Source: Planctomycetota bacterium (lineage in GTDB: Bacteria > Planctomycetota > B15-G4 > JADJEK01). From it: DNA of 64,000 bases. The notes beneath the pieces were generated by a model. That model had not been told where the DNA came from. It saw nothing but the letters and a program-made list of their open reading frames with translations, and did no database searches. The DNA lies in the NCBI GenBank assembly GCA_044225365.1, contig JBGAIQ010000009.1, positions 96,462 through 160,461 of the forward strand. Reading direction: 5' to 3'. Made by a program: the position numbers and the translations under genes. Positions within the stretch are counted from its first letter, which is position 1; every line of letters begins with the position of its first letter. This document shows positions 46,563 through 58,809 of this stretch, piece after piece.

Positions 46563-47562
46563 CGGATTCAGCGCGCGGAACGCTTTCGAGGATGCGCTTC
46601 ACGAGGTCGTCGGACGTGATGCCCTCCGCCTCAGCGCTGAAATTGGGAAGGATGCGATGGCGCAGCACGGGCTGCGCGACGGACCGAACATCGTCGCCGA
46701 GGACGTTCGCATGTCCCTTGAGGAGGGCGCGCGCCTTGGCAGCGAGGACGAGGAATTGCGATGCGCGCGGACCAGCGCCCCATGCCACCGACTCCCGGAT
46801 GAAGCCGGGCGAATCGGGTTGGGTCGGGCGCGAGACGCGCGCGAGGCTCATGGCGTAGCGGATCATCGAGTCGTGGATCGGGACCCGTCGCACGAGTTGC
46901 TGCAGCTTCAGGATCTCCTCGGCGGAGAGAACGGGGAGCGGCTCGGCGGATTCGCGCGCCGTCGTCCGACGAACGATCTCGAGTTCCTCGACATCGCTCG
47001 GATAGTCGATCCGGATGTTGAACATGAAGCGATCGAGCTGCGCTTCGGGCAGGGGATAGGTGCCTTCCTGTTCGATGGGGTTCTGCGTCGCGAGGACGAA
47101 GAACGGCTGACCGAGCGAGTGCTTCTTGCCCGCCACGGTGACCTGGTACTCCTGCATCGCCTCGAGCAACGCCGCCTGGGTCTTCGGGGGCGTACGGTTG
47201 ATCTCGTCGGCGAGGATCACGTTGGCGAACAGAGGCCCGGGGATGAATCGCATCTCGCGCTCGCCTGTGCTCTTGTTCTCCTGGATGACCTCCGTGCCCG
47301 TGATGTCCGACGGCATGAGGTCCGGCGTGAACTGAACGCGGTTGAAGGAGAGAGACAGGGTCCGCGCGAGGGTCGAGATGAGCAACGTCTTCGCGAGACC
47401 GGGGACTCCCGTCAGGATGCAGTGGCCGCGCGCGAAGAGCGCGATCAGGAGCTGATCGACGACTTCGTCCTGCCCGACGATGACCTTCTGGATCTCGGTC
47501 TTCAGGCTCGTGTACGCCGCGCGGATCTGCTCCACCGCGGCGAGGTCTTGCGACTCGGTCAT
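46519..47562 (-). CDS. MoxR-family AAA+ ATPase
   Basis: ~347 aa from MTESQDLAAVEQIRAAYTSLKTEIQKVIVGQDEVVDQLLIALFARGHCILTGVPGLAKT (Walker A). ILADEINRTPPKTQAALLEAMQE (Walker B / sensor). The ORF-track start at 47622 is trimmed. Confidence 0.9.
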   Translation of the reverse strand: MTESQDLAAVEQIRAAYTSLKTEIQKVIVGQDEVVDQLLIALFARGHCILTGVPGLAKTLLISTLARTLSLSFNRVQFTPDLMPSDITGTEVIQENKSTGEREMRFIPGPLFANVILADEINRTPPKTQAALLEAMQEYQVTVAGKKHSLGQPFFVLATQNPIEQEGTYPLPEAQLDRFMFNIRIDYPSDVEELEIVRRTTARESAEPLPVLSAEEILKLQQLVRRVPIHDSMIRYAMSLARVSRPTQPDSPGFIRESVAWGAGPRASQFLVLAAKARALLKGHANVLGDDVRSVAQPVLRHRILPNFSAEAEGITSDDLVKRILESVPRAESDVLSDTRLPPVVGS

Positions 47563-47677
47563 TGCGAAACTCCAGGTACGGCCGTGATTCCGCGGGACGT
47601 GAGGCCCCGCAGATCCAACCATCTAGGATACGATCGGCAAACGAGAGGCGAGAGACGAAATCGTTCGTGAGATCTCG

Positions 47678-49830
47678 TCACCGGCGCTGAACGACCGCGG
47701 TGAACTCCGGTGACGCGGACAGGATCGTCCCGCCGCTCGCCGTCAGATTTCCGAAGTACGAAGAATCCTGGTTCTCGTACGCCGTCGGCGGCGGCGCGAC
47801 GGCGCCGATCCACTTCAGCTCCGCACCGAGATCGAGCACCAGTAGCCGCCGATTCGTCGGCACGAACATGAGGTCACCCACGAATGCGACCTTGCCGAAG
47901 CGCTGCTCCTGCAGATCGAGAGGCGGAGTGATCCACGAACTCTTGTCGTTGCCATCGAGATCCGTGGCTTCGAAGAATACGCTGTCGACGTTCGCGCCGC
48001 TGACGTGCGCCGATTCGAAGATCAAACGGCCGTGCTCCTCGTCGAATCCGAGTAGCGTCGTACGCTCGCTCTTGAACAGCGGATCGTTCAGGAGGACGTC
48101 GCCGCGCTGCGACGGCGAGCGAGCGAGGACATAGAGGTATCGCGAGTCGGAGGGCGTGACGACGATTCGATCGCCGGTCACGATCGGGGGCGCCGTTGTC
48201 CACCCGCCCGTGATGTAGATCTGTTCGGGGGTGTACTTCCCCCGGTCCGTCGGCGTGATCCGATGGTACTTCACGATCCAGTCGATCGCGCCCGTTTGCG
48301 CGTCGACGGCCGCGAAGACTCCCACGTTGGTCTGAACGTAGGCAAGACCGTCGGCGACGACGACCGGCGAAGGTCGCGAGCGCCGTGCTTCGGTCGGCTG
48401 ATTGCGCATCTCGTACTCGGAGACGTCGGCCGCCGAGGCGATGAATCGGCTGTACACGAGCGCGCCACTCTTCCGATCGAATGCGAACAGGGCGCACTCG
48501 GAAGCGGTCGTGAGACGCGTCGCGGTGTAGAGGACGAGATCCCCCGCGATGGCGGGTGGAGTCTCGAACGCATAGCCCTCGAGCGCGTCATCGCGCTGTT
48601 CGGGTCCGGCATAGCGCCATGCGAGTTTGGGTGGAAGCGATGCGTCGCGGCCGATCGTGACGGCGCACGCGGCGCTGCGCGTACCGGCCGCCCCGACGGT
48701 CACGGCGAAATAGAGACGCTCGCCATCGAACACTCCGCCGACGCTCCGTGCCGTACGATCGATGGCCTCGGTCGTGGTCGAGAGGACCTTGGAGTACGGG
48801 AACTCCGCAGCGATCGGATCCCGCGGGTTGCCCGGCTGCGAAGCGTTGTGCTTGCCGCCCGCGAGGACGTGACGATGGAGATAGAGGCCACATCGCCCGA
48901 GAACAGCGAGACTGTCGCCGATGGGAATCACGGTCGTCGCCGGAATGGCTTCGAATTCGACGTCCGACAGCAGGTTCGTGCTGTTCCGGTTGAACGCCCT
49001 CTGCTCGGAGAGTTCCTTGACCGACTGACGCCCGACCTGGAAGGACTCGAACTTGCCGAGGTCGGCGCCGCTGGAGTCGGGCTCTTCGAATTCCGCATCG
49101 AACGATCGAACAAACTCGGAGAGCGGCATCGACTTGCCGGCGACCGTCACGGGTTCCGCCGCGAGCGAGTTCGCCCGCTCACGAATCGCGTCGAATTCCG
49201 AACGATCCCGCCGCGCCGCGGCCATGGCGAGGGCGCGTGCGAGATCGATCGTGCGCAATGCCGTGGAGTCGATCGCCTGTAGCTCGAGCAGCGCGTCGAA
49301 CGCGCGGTGACCGTTGTCGAAGTCGCCCTGTTCGACGGCGAGCGCGAGACTCTCGCGCAGCGCCGCTACCGCCGTGGCCGCGAGCGGAAAGCGGAGGCCG
49401 ACGTCGAGGAGTCGACGCGGCGAGTGCGAAGGGCGGGTCTGGGCGAGAGCGGCCGCGGCGGCGGATCCGAAGAGCTCTGTGTATCGCGCGCGCGCTTCGG
49501 GACCGAGGGCCAGGAGGCGCCGGCGCGCCGCGCCGGACGCCGAGAGCCAGGTCCGCGCGCCGAATTCGACGACGCCGTCCGAACTCTCGATCATCCGTTG
49601 ATAGCGCTGGACCGCTTCCGCCCAGTCCTTGCGCTTTGCCGCATCGTCGGCACCGAACAAATCGGCCTTCGCATTGTTGCTGACGACGACGAACGCGCCG
49701 TTCGTGAAGTTCTCGTCCTCACGCGGCATCACCTGCGCGCGAGCCAACGTGGCGAACACGACGAGGGCCGCGACGCAAGCGGTCGTCTTGCTTCGGAGAG
49801 AGGACGAGAACGCGCAGCGACGAGCGATCA
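47678..49830 (-). CDS. Secreted PQQ-like beta-propeller repeat protein (~715 aa); start uncertain
   Basis: Signal-like ...LRSKTTACVAALVVFATLARAQ, then TPR-like helices and propeller blades (GDLVLYTATR, GALVYSRFIAS, GAIDWIVKYH). The ORF-track start at 49945 would overlap the FtsB-like gene by ~118 nt; the real start is probably a non-ATG codon near 49.83 kb. Confidence 0.6.
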
Positions 49831-50109
49831 GTCGTCGCGTGACGCTTCGTCGATACCGACCTTGCCTTGTGTCCACCGGGCCTGCACCACTCGCGACAGC
49901 GTCGTCGGGTCGCGGGTCTCGAGAGCTTGCTTCTGGAGTCCCCATCGCTCGGCTTCGTCGCGCAGCTTCACGAGCTCCTGTTCGGAGTGCTTCTCCGCGT
50001 CGAGGAGCGCGCGCCGTCGGAACTCCGCGGGAATCGTTCGCCCGAAGTAGACGGCGACCATCAACCCGAGAAGGAGGAACAGGGCACCATTGCGTTGAAC
50101 TGCGATCAT
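49828..50109 (-). CDS. FtsB/DivIC-like septum-formation initiator candidate (single TM + coiled coil) downstream of eno
   Basis: 93 aa. MIAVQRNGALFLLLGLMVAVYFGRTIPAEFRRRALLDAEKHSEQELVKLRDEAERWGLQKQALE.... An eno-ftsB linkage is common in bacteria. Confidence 0.45.
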   Translation of the reverse strand: MIAVQRNGALFLLLGLMVAVYFGRTIPAEFRRRALLDAEKHSEQELVKLRDEAERWGLQKQALETRDPTTLSRVVQARWTQGKVGIDEASRDD

Positions 50110-50194
50110 CAAGCGGGACACGAAAGACCCTCCACCGTTGCCGCGCGGATTCTCGCGGTCACGGGGAGACAAGTCAAAGCGAACACCAACTTCT

Positions 50195-52166
<1,972 letters not shown>

Positions 52167-52167
<1 letters not shown>

Positions 52168-52754
52168 TACGACAGCGCGGGCCGCGAGAGGATCCCGGCC
52201 TCGATCTCGGCGACGAGCGCCGACGAACGCAAGCGCGTCACGATCGCGTAGGCGAATTCGAACGCCGTTCCCGGCGCCTGGCTGGTCAGGACATCGCCGT
52301 CGCAGACGACGCGTTCGCCCGCGTCGACCGCAACGCCAGCCGCCCTCAATTCATCCCGCACCGCGGGATGGCTCGTCACCCGGCGTCCGTGAAGGAGACC
52401 GGCGCGGAGGAGGACGATCGGCGCGGCGCAGATGGCGGCGACGAGCTTGCCGGCCGCCGCATGGTTGCGCAGCAGAGCGAGCACACGCTCGTCCTCGCGC
52501 ATCGCCTTCGCACCCGGAGCGCCGCCCGGCACCACGACGGCGTCGAAGAGCGGCGTGGCGTCCACTGTGCGGGCCAGGAGTTCGTCGAGCGTGATGTCGG
52601 GAACGAGGACGACGCCGCGCGAAGCGCGAACCGCGCCGGGATGGAGCCCTGCCACTGTGACGTCGATCGTCGCGCGACGCAATACGTCGATCACGGTGAC
52701 GGCTTCGATCTCCTCGGAGCCGTCTGCGATCAGAACGAGGGCGCGCGGATTCAC
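52167..52754 (-). CDS. DJ-1/PfpI family protein (YajL/ThiJ-like)
   Basis: 195 aa. MNPRALVLIADGSEEIEAVTVIDVLRRA...AAICAAPIVLL (nucleophile-elbow Cys). Second DJ-1-family gene in the window. Confidence 0.85.
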
Positions 52755-52767
52755 GCGAAGGACGCGA

Positions 52768-54633
52768 TCAGAACGGCAGCGTGAGCTCGAGCATCAGCGC
52801 CGTTCGATTCTCCGGCGCCAATCCGCGCGCGCCGCCCAGGGCGTTCGCCGCGTTCGACCGTGTCGCACCCTCGCCGCTGCGCACCATCTTCTCGAGCGCA
52901 CGGAGCGTATCCGGGTTGCCCGCGTTCTTCGCGAGGATGCCCCGCAGGGCGTACGCCGCGGCGACGTGCGCCTCGGGGGACGCCGCCGCATCGCGCAAGA
53001 GCGCGAGCGCCGGGGCTTCGCCGTCGGCATGCCCGAGCTTGGAGAGCGCCACCATGGCCGGAACGCGGACCACGTCGTCGCGCTCGATCGCGGCGATCAA
53101 TGCGCGGCCCGCGGGCGCCAACGCGCCGCCGTCCATCGCCGCGAGAGCGAGCGCCGCCCGCCGCGAGAATTGCTCGGCCTCCATGCGTTCATCGTTGAGC
53201 GCGGCCTTCTCGAAGGCGGCGTCGTAGGCAGGCTTCAGGATCGCCCCGGACTTGATCGGTGCGGGCACGATCGCCGCGACCTTGTCGCCGAACAGGCTCT
53301 GCATGCGATCGCGATCGGCTTCGTCGACGACGAGGATGACGGGCAACGTCGCGGTGCGGACGTCGCGCTTCAGACTCGCGATGATCTGGTCGGCCTTCAC
53401 GTCGGAGACCGTCGAGCGAATCACGACGGCGTCCTTGATCGGCGGCTCCTTCGCGCGGACGAGCCCCATCGCGCCGGTCTCGGCCGTGATGGCGACGACG
53501 CGAAGCGACTGCGTCGCCGCGACGATCGAGTTGCGCTCAGCGGCATCGGGATCGATCACGAGCACCTGGCGCGTCGCGCTCTCGGACACCGCGTCACCGA
53601 GCGTCGCGACGATCTGCGGCGTCGGCTGGCCGGCGAGAGACAGGGCCGCGAGATAGCGCAGTCGCTTGTCGCCGCTGTTCTGCGCGAGGTCACTCGCACC
53701 ATTCACGTTCTCGGCCTTCGGCGCTTCGACTGCGGGAACATCGATCTGCGCGCCACCGAGGCGGAGCAGATCCTCGAGACGCGGCAGCGCCTTGTCCCAG
53801 CCGGCCGGGCCGACGACATCGCCGCCGCCCCGAATCACCTTGTTCAGCGCTTCGTAGGCCTGCGTCAGCGTCGCCTGCGCGGCGAGATTGGCCGGATCGA
53901 GTCGGAGGGCCCACTCGGCGTACATCTTGGCGTTCGCGGCGTTCGCCAGATTCGGCGTCGCCTCGCGATCCATCACCCGATGACCATTCCAGAAGTAGAC
54001 GTGGACCTTGCCATCGGCGCCCGCCGGCTGAGCGCGGCCACCCGCAAGGCACTCGTTGGCGGCGGTGAGCAGAGCCCCCGCGGCGGAACCCCCGGCTCCG
54101 GGCGCCATCGCGGCGAGCGCCTTGCTGGCCTCGGAGCGGGCGATCGGGTCGGAGTCGTGCTGCGCGATCGCGCCGAGCGCGGCCGCGGCTTCGACCGCGT
54201 TGACCTGCCCGAGCGTGATCACGAGGTTGCGCCGCACCATCGCGTCCTTCGATTGCAGCCCAGCGATCATCGCCGCGACCGAGTCGCTGCCGAGTCGCTT
54301 GAGGGCCATCACCGCTTGAGCGCGGGCGTCGTTGTCGGCGTTCGAACCGATCCAGCGCAGGAGCGCAGCGACGCCGCGTCCTCCATACTGCTTGCCCAAG
54401 GTCTCGAGGGCCGCGCGACGCGCGTTCCATTGACCCGTCGCAGCGTCTTCCGCGAGTTTCGCGAGGTCGCCGTCGATCGGGGCATCCGTCCAGGAAATCG
54501 CCGCGACCGGCGCGGCGTCGCCGCCCTTCTTGTCCGCAGCATCCGCGGCAGCATCCTGCGCGAAGGCATTCGCCCCGGCGAGAAGTGCGACGGCGATCAG
54601 GGACGACAAAGCCTTGCGGGTGATCGGAACCAT
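52768..54633 (-). CDS. Exported HEAT (PBS-lyase-like) repeat protein with an embedded receiver-like (REC-fold) module
   Basis: ~621 aa from MVPITRKALSSLIAVALLAGANAFAQ (signal-like). HEAT-like repeats (DAMVRRNLVITLGQV, DDVVRVPAMVALSKLG). Central VLVIDPDAAERNSIVAATQSLRVVAITAE...DAVVIRSTVSD...ILVVDEADRDR...AAIVPAPIKSG resembles a CheY-like fold. Confidence 0.55.
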   Translation of the reverse strand: MVPITRKALSSLIAVALLAGANAFAQDAAADAADKKGGDAAPVAAISWTDAPIDGDLAKLAEDAATGQWNARRAALETLGKQYGGRGVAALLRWIGSNADNDARAQAVMALKRLGSDSVAAMIAGLQSKDAMVRRNLVITLGQVNAVEAAAALGAIAQHDSDPIARSEASKALAAMAPGAGGSAAGALLTAANECLAGGRAQPAGADGKVHVYFWNGHRVMDREATPNLANAANAKMYAEWALRLDPANLAAQATLTQAYEALNKVIRGGGDVVGPAGWDKALPRLEDLLRLGGAQIDVPAVEAPKAENVNGASDLAQNSGDKRLRYLAALSLAGQPTPQIVATLGDAVSESATRQVLVIDPDAAERNSIVAATQSLRVVAITAETGAMGLVRAKEPPIKDAVVIRSTVSDVKADQIIASLKRDVRTATLPVILVVDEADRDRMQSLFGDKVAAIVPAPIKSGAILKPAYDAAFEKAALNDERMEAEQFSRRAALALAAMDGGALAPAGRALIAAIERDDVVRVPAMVALSKLGHADGEAPALALLRDAAASPEAHVAAAYALRGILAKNAGNPDTLRALEKMVRSGEGATRSNAANALGGARGLAPENRTALMLELTLPF

Positions 54634-54932
54634 CCTGCGGACCTCCCAGACTGCGAAGTTCTGGACTGGCGTGGACCTCGCACGCGCGTTCGCAGCGAAC
54701 CCGGCACTTCCCGGATCCATCCGCCACGACTGCGCACGATGCGCGACATCGAATTCCGCACTCCAAATCACGATACGTGTTTCGGCGAATGCGGAAAGCG
54801 CGCGATTAGAGCGGTGACCTTGGAAACGATCAAGCGAAACCTCCTCGTGTCCGCCGTTTGGCGTGCGAGGCGACGCGCGCGTCGTCGTTTACCGTCCGGA
54901 TCGGCAGCGGCAACGAGGTGAACTCGGATTCT

Positions 54933-54990
54933 GGACCGCCGGGCTCTACCCGACATCGTATGGGAAATGCCGGGCAGAGCCCGGCGGTCC
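54933..54990. repeat. Long palindromic REP-like element (complete copy)
   Basis: ggaccgccgggctct ... agagcccggcggtcc is a perfect 15-bp inverted repeat. The 28-nt spacer is itself an imperfect palindrome (acccgacatcg.../...aatgccgggc), giving a ~58-nt hairpin. It lies in the gap between the HEAT/REC gene start and the sodC stop. A partial copy is at 60282. Confidence 0.5.
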
Positions 54991-55015
54991 AATTGCCCGG
55001 CGGCCCGACTTCCCC

Positions 55016-55573
55016 TCACTTCGCAGGATTCGCGATTCCGATCACGCCGGCCGCGATGCGTGCACCGGCGTTACCCGTCGGCTGCGTCTTGAAGTCGTCG
55101 GCGTCGGCGTGGACGATCATGCCGCGGCCGTAGATCGAGTTCGGGCCGGTGAGGCGAAGTTGCTTGTCGACGCGCGAGTACTTCGCCGTGCCATCGGCGC
55201 CCGCCTCGAGATTGCCGAGATCACCGGCGTGGCGCACGGCATCCTCGGGCGCGCCGTGATTCTGGGCGCCGGGATTGAAGTGGCCGCCGGTGCACTTGCC
55301 GTCGGCGCAATCGAGGTCGCCCCATTCGTGGACGTGGAACCCGTGCTTGCCGGGCTTCAGACCATGGATCTCGGCTTCGATGAGAACGCCAGCCTCGCCG
55401 GGTTGCTCGGTGAAGTGGATCGTTCCCGTGACTTCGCTCCCAGAGCGCGGCGACAACACGCAGATCGCGCGGGCAGCCGGCTTGCTGTCCTTCGTATCGG
55501 TTTGCGTCATCGCGATACCTGCAGCGAGGGCGAAACCGGCGACGAGACCGAAGAGCATCGACTTCGAATGCAT
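55016..55573 (-). CDS. sodC: Periplasmic Cu/Zn superoxide dismutase
   Basis: ~185 aa from MHSKSMLFGLVAGFALAAGIAMTQ (signal). GFHVHEWGDLDCADGKCTGGHFNP, HAGDLGN, GRGMIVHADADD are SodC metal-binding motifs. Confidence 0.9.
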   Translation of the reverse strand: MHSKSMLFGLVAGFALAAGIAMTQTDTKDSKPAARAICVLSPRSGSEVTGTIHFTEQPGEAGVLIEAEIHGLKPGKHGFHVHEWGDLDCADGKCTGGHFNPGAQNHGAPEDAVRHAGDLGNLEAGADGTAKYSRVDKQLRLTGPNSIYGRGMIVHADADDFKTQPTGNAGARIAAGVIGIANPAK

Positions 55574-55775
55574 GATCCTGATTCCTCTGTAGAGCGCGGC
55601 GAGCGCCGCGAATCGCGGAGCGTGCCCAAAAGTGTAGGAAGATCGCGGACGAATCGCGCTACAAGATGTCGCTCGGTCGCCCAATCGCTTCGATCGCGAA
55701 ACCGAGCCTCATCGCGGCGCGACGACTCGTCACGATAGCGCGGAAATCCAACCCTGACTCCACGGGAGATCCTCG

Positions 55776-57161
55776 ATGGCACCGGTCCTCCAGTTCCTCG
55801 GCGCCGCCGGTTGCGTGACGGGATCGAAGTACCTGCTGTACGCGAATGGTCAGGAGGTGCTCGTCGACGCCGGGCTCTTCCAGGGCGAGCGCGAGTTGCG
55901 CGAGCGCAACTGGGACCGCATGCCGCTCGATCCGAAGAAGATCGATGCGATCGTCCTCACCCATGGTCACATCGACCACGTGGGGTACCTGCCGCGCCTC
56001 GTGAAGTTCGGCTACCGGGGGCCCGTGATCTGCACCGAAGCGACGCGCGCGCTGCTCCAGATCCTGCTCCCCGACTCGGCGCGGATCCAGGAGGAAGAGG
56101 CCGAGTACGCCAACAAGAAAGGTTACTCGCGCCACAAGCCCGCACTGCCGCTGTACACCGAGGACGATGCGAACCGCGCGCTCGGCCTCGTTCGCACGAT
56201 GGACTATGGGAAGTCGTTCGAGGCAGCGCCTGGGATCACGGCGATCTTCCATCCCGCTGGACACATCGTCGGCTCAGCCTTCGTCGAGATGCGTGCAGAA
56301 GAGCGCACGATCCTCTTCTCCGGCGACATCGGCGGCTACGACTCCGAGTTCATGAAGCCACCCGCGCCGCTCCCCGCGGCGTTCGACTACTTGTTGGTCG
56401 AATCGACGTACGGCGGGCGCATCGAGGAGGAGCCGCCGATTGGCGATCAACTGGAGAAGCTCCTCGGTCCCGTCCTCCGCGCGGGCGGAGTCGTCGTGAT
56501 CCCTGCATTCGCCGTCGGCCGTACCACGATCGTGCTCTACCACCTGCGCAAACTGATGGAATGCGGCAAGCTTCCGAACGTGAAGGTCTTCGTCGACAGC
56601 CCGATGGCGACCGATGCCGTCGAGATCTACCAGAAGTTCTCGTCCGAGCTCAATCTGCGCCCCGAAGAGCTCCGCGACGACGACCGCTGCGCGATCCGCA
56701 CCCAGCAGGTGCGTCTCGTCCGCGATCGGGAGGGCTCGAAACTCATCAACAAGGAGCCCGGTCCCGCGATCATCGTCTCGGCGAACGGCATGGCGTCCGC
56801 CGGCCGCGTGCTCCATCATCTGCGGCATCGTCTTCCCGATCCGAAGAACCTCGTCCTCCTGGTCGGGTATCAGGCCGAAGGAACGCGTGGACGTCAGCTC
56901 GCGCAGGGCGCGAAGGAAGTGAAGTTGCTCGGCGACTACATTCCCGTTCGCGCGAAAGTCGCGTCGATCCGTGGGCTCTCCGCGCATGGCGACTGCGGCG
57001 AGATCGTGCGGTGGCTGAAGACGGCGCAGAGCCGTCCGCGGATGACGTTCCTCGTCCACGGCGAAACCGACGCCCTGAGAGCGATGGGCAAGAGCCTCGG
57101 GGACGAACTCGGCTGGGCGAGCCACGCCCCGCAATATCTAGAGAAGGTTCCCCTGGATTGA
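55776..57161 (+). CDS. MBL-fold metallo-hydrolase of the beta-CASP family (RNA-metabolising, YSH1/RNase J-like)
   Basis: 461 aa. HGHIDHVGYLP (HxHxDH). beta-CASP region. C-terminal RNA-specificity motif SAHGDCGEIVRWL. Confidence 0.85.
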   Translation: MAPVLQFLGAAGCVTGSKYLLYANGQEVLVDAGLFQGERELRERNWDRMPLDPKKIDAIVLTHGHIDHVGYLPRLVKFGYRGPVICTEATRALLQILLPDSARIQEEEAEYANKKGYSRHKPALPLYTEDDANRALGLVRTMDYGKSFEAAPGITAIFHPAGHIVGSAFVEMRAEERTILFSGDIGGYDSEFMKPPAPLPAAFDYLLVESTYGGRIEEEPPIGDQLEKLLGPVLRAGGVVVIPAFAVGRTTIVLYHLRKLMECGKLPNVKVFVDSPMATDAVEIYQKFSSELNLRPEELRDDDRCAIRTQQVRLVRDREGSKLINKEPGPAIIVSANGMASAGRVLHHLRHRLPDPKNLVLLVGYQAEGTRGRQLAQGAKEVKLLGDYIPVRAKVASIRGLSAHGDCGEIVRWLKTAQSRPRMTFLVHGETDALRAMGKSLGDELGWASHAPQYLEKVPLD

Positions 57162-57180
57162 TCGCGCGCGTCGAAAACGA

Positions 57181-57217
57181 AACCGGCCGGTCCGCGCTTC
57201 TTGCGAACCGGCCGGTT
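57181..57217. terminator. Intergenic hairpin between convergent genes (beta-CASP hydrolase / PQQ dehydrogenase)
   Basis: aaccggccggt-(15 nt)-accggccggtt, an 11-bp stem 20 nt after the stop. No clear U-tract. Confidence 0.35.
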
Positions 57218-57243
57218 CCTCGTCTCACGTCACAGCTCTTCGA

Positions 57244-58809
57244 TCAGGGCTGCAGATCGACGCGGATGCCGTTGGACAATCCGACTCCGCCGGACGCGCC
57301 GGGATCGTCGATCGCCCACTGGCTGTAGAACGACACCGGGCCGCCGCCGCCCGCGACGGCGGGGATGTTGATCTCACCGTTCGCGTCGGTGAAGAGCGGA
57401 ACCGTGAGCACGATCGGGAAGCCGACCGTCAGCGTGCCGCCGAAGAACGGCGTCGCGCCCTGAGTGAACGAGAGGAAGAGCAGCGTCGGACGGCTCGGGG
57501 GACCATAGAGGAGCTGGTAGTCCGCCGTCTGACCCGTGCCCATCTGACCGCATGCGAACCAGTACGGCGTGCGACCGTTGCCGCCCACCTTGCCGCCGCC
57601 GAGATCCGCCATCGCCGTGACGGTCGGAACGATCTTGTAGAGTTCGCCACCCGTCTGATCGACGATCAGGATCTCGCCGCAGGCGTCGCGCCCGAAGCTC
57701 ACCGGATTGTTGATCGCGAGTGCGCCAGCGGGATCGAGTTCCGCCGTGCGATCGGTGAGGTTGCTCACCGCGCCGCCGACGATCTTGAATGACTGGATCT
57801 TGCCCGTGCAGTAGTCCGCGAAGAAGTACGTTCCGGCGAGATCCGGGATCGCGCAGCCGCGGTACACGACGCCGCCCGTGATCGAGCACGCGCCGCCGGT
57901 GTGCGAGTAGGTCAGGACAGGATACGTGAAGCTGGGGTCATTGCACAGGGGCGCCGACTGACAGGCCGCGAGGCCCGTGCAGTTGTTGCCTTCCATCACG
58001 CGCCAGCCGAAGTTGCGACCGCCCGTCGTACCCGACGCGACCCAGTCGACTTCCTCGATCAGGTTCTGGCCGACGTCCGCGATGAAGAGATCACCCGTCG
58101 CCGGATCGAAGTCCCAGCGCCACGGATTGCGCAGGCCGTAGTTGTAGATCAGCGGGTTGAAGGCCGTGTTGCCGACGAACGGATTCGTCGCTGGCGCCGA
58201 GGCTGGAACCGTGCTGACGTCGAGTCGCAGCATCTTGCCGAGCAGCGACATCTTGTTCTGCGCATTGCACGGCGGATCGTTGCCCGAACCGCCGTCGCCC
58301 TGACCCGAGTACAGGTAGCCATCGGGTCCGAACTGGAGGAGGCCACCGTTGTGGTTGGTGTTCGTCGGGTGCGGGATCGTCAGCATCGTCGTCGCGGAAC
58401 TGGCGTCCGCGACGTCGTTGACCATCGGATCGCCATTCACGTGATACCGGCGGATGTTGATCGTTCCGCCGGTGGCCGTGAAGTAGACGTAGAAGAGACC
58501 ACTCACTTCGTAGTTCGGGTCGAACGCCATCGAGAGCAGACCCTGCTCATTGCCACCTGCCATGCCCGACACGGTGACGAACGGCGCCGCGAGGAGCACG
58601 CCATCCTTAAGGATCTCGATGCGGCCCGTGTGCTGTTCGATCACGAAGATGCGATGCTTGTCACCTGGGGGCGAGCCCGCCCACACCGGCGCGGTGAATC
58701 CGCCTTGCAGCAGCACCGTCTTGAGAGGGGTCTGGGAGTGAAGGGTCGTGGCCATGAGCGCGCTGAGCGCGATGGCCGCGGTCAACGGACCGCGTTTCTG
58801 AGACAGCAT
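57244..58809 (-). CDS. Secreted PQQ-dependent soluble sugar (glucose/sorbosone) dehydrogenase family beta-propeller
   Basis: 521 aa. Signal MLSQKRGPLTAAIALSALMATTLHSQ. GLLSMAFDPNY, HNGGLLQFGPDGYLYSGQGDGG (GSDH family motif). Confidence 0.8.
   Translation of the reverse strand: MLSQKRGPLTAAIALSALMATTLHSQTPLKTVLLQGGFTAPVWAGSPPGDKHRIFVIEQHTGRIEILKDGVLLAAPFVTVSGMAGGNEQGLLSMAFDPNYEVSGLFYVYFTATGGTINIRRYHVNGDPMVNDVADASSATTMLTIPHPTNTNHNGGLLQFGPDGYLYSGQGDGGSGNDPPCNAQNKMSLLGKMLRLDVSTVPASAPATNPFVGNTAFNPLIYNYGLRNPWRWDFDPATGDLFIADVGQNLIEEVDWVASGTTGGRNFGWRVMEGNNCTGLAACQSAPLCNDPSFTYPVLTYSHTGGACSITGGVVYRGCAIPDLAGTYFFADYCTGKIQSFKIVGGAVSNLTDRTAELDPAGALAINNPVSFGRDACGEILIVDQTGGELYKIVPTVTAMADLGGGKVGGNGRTPYWFACGQMGTGQTADYQLLYGPPSRPTLLFLSFTQGATPFFGGTLTVGFPIVLTVPLFTDANGEINIPAVAGGGGPVSFYSQWAIDDPGASGGVGLSNGIRVDLQP

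Noticed and set aside
49828-49945. Using the ATG at 49945 as the start of the PQQ-propeller gene
   Set aside because: - It would overlap the FtsB-like gene by ~118 nt in another frame.
- It would prepend an Arg-rich segment before the signal-peptide-like sequence.
- A downstream non-ATG start near 49.83 kb is more parsimonious, but could not be pinpointed.
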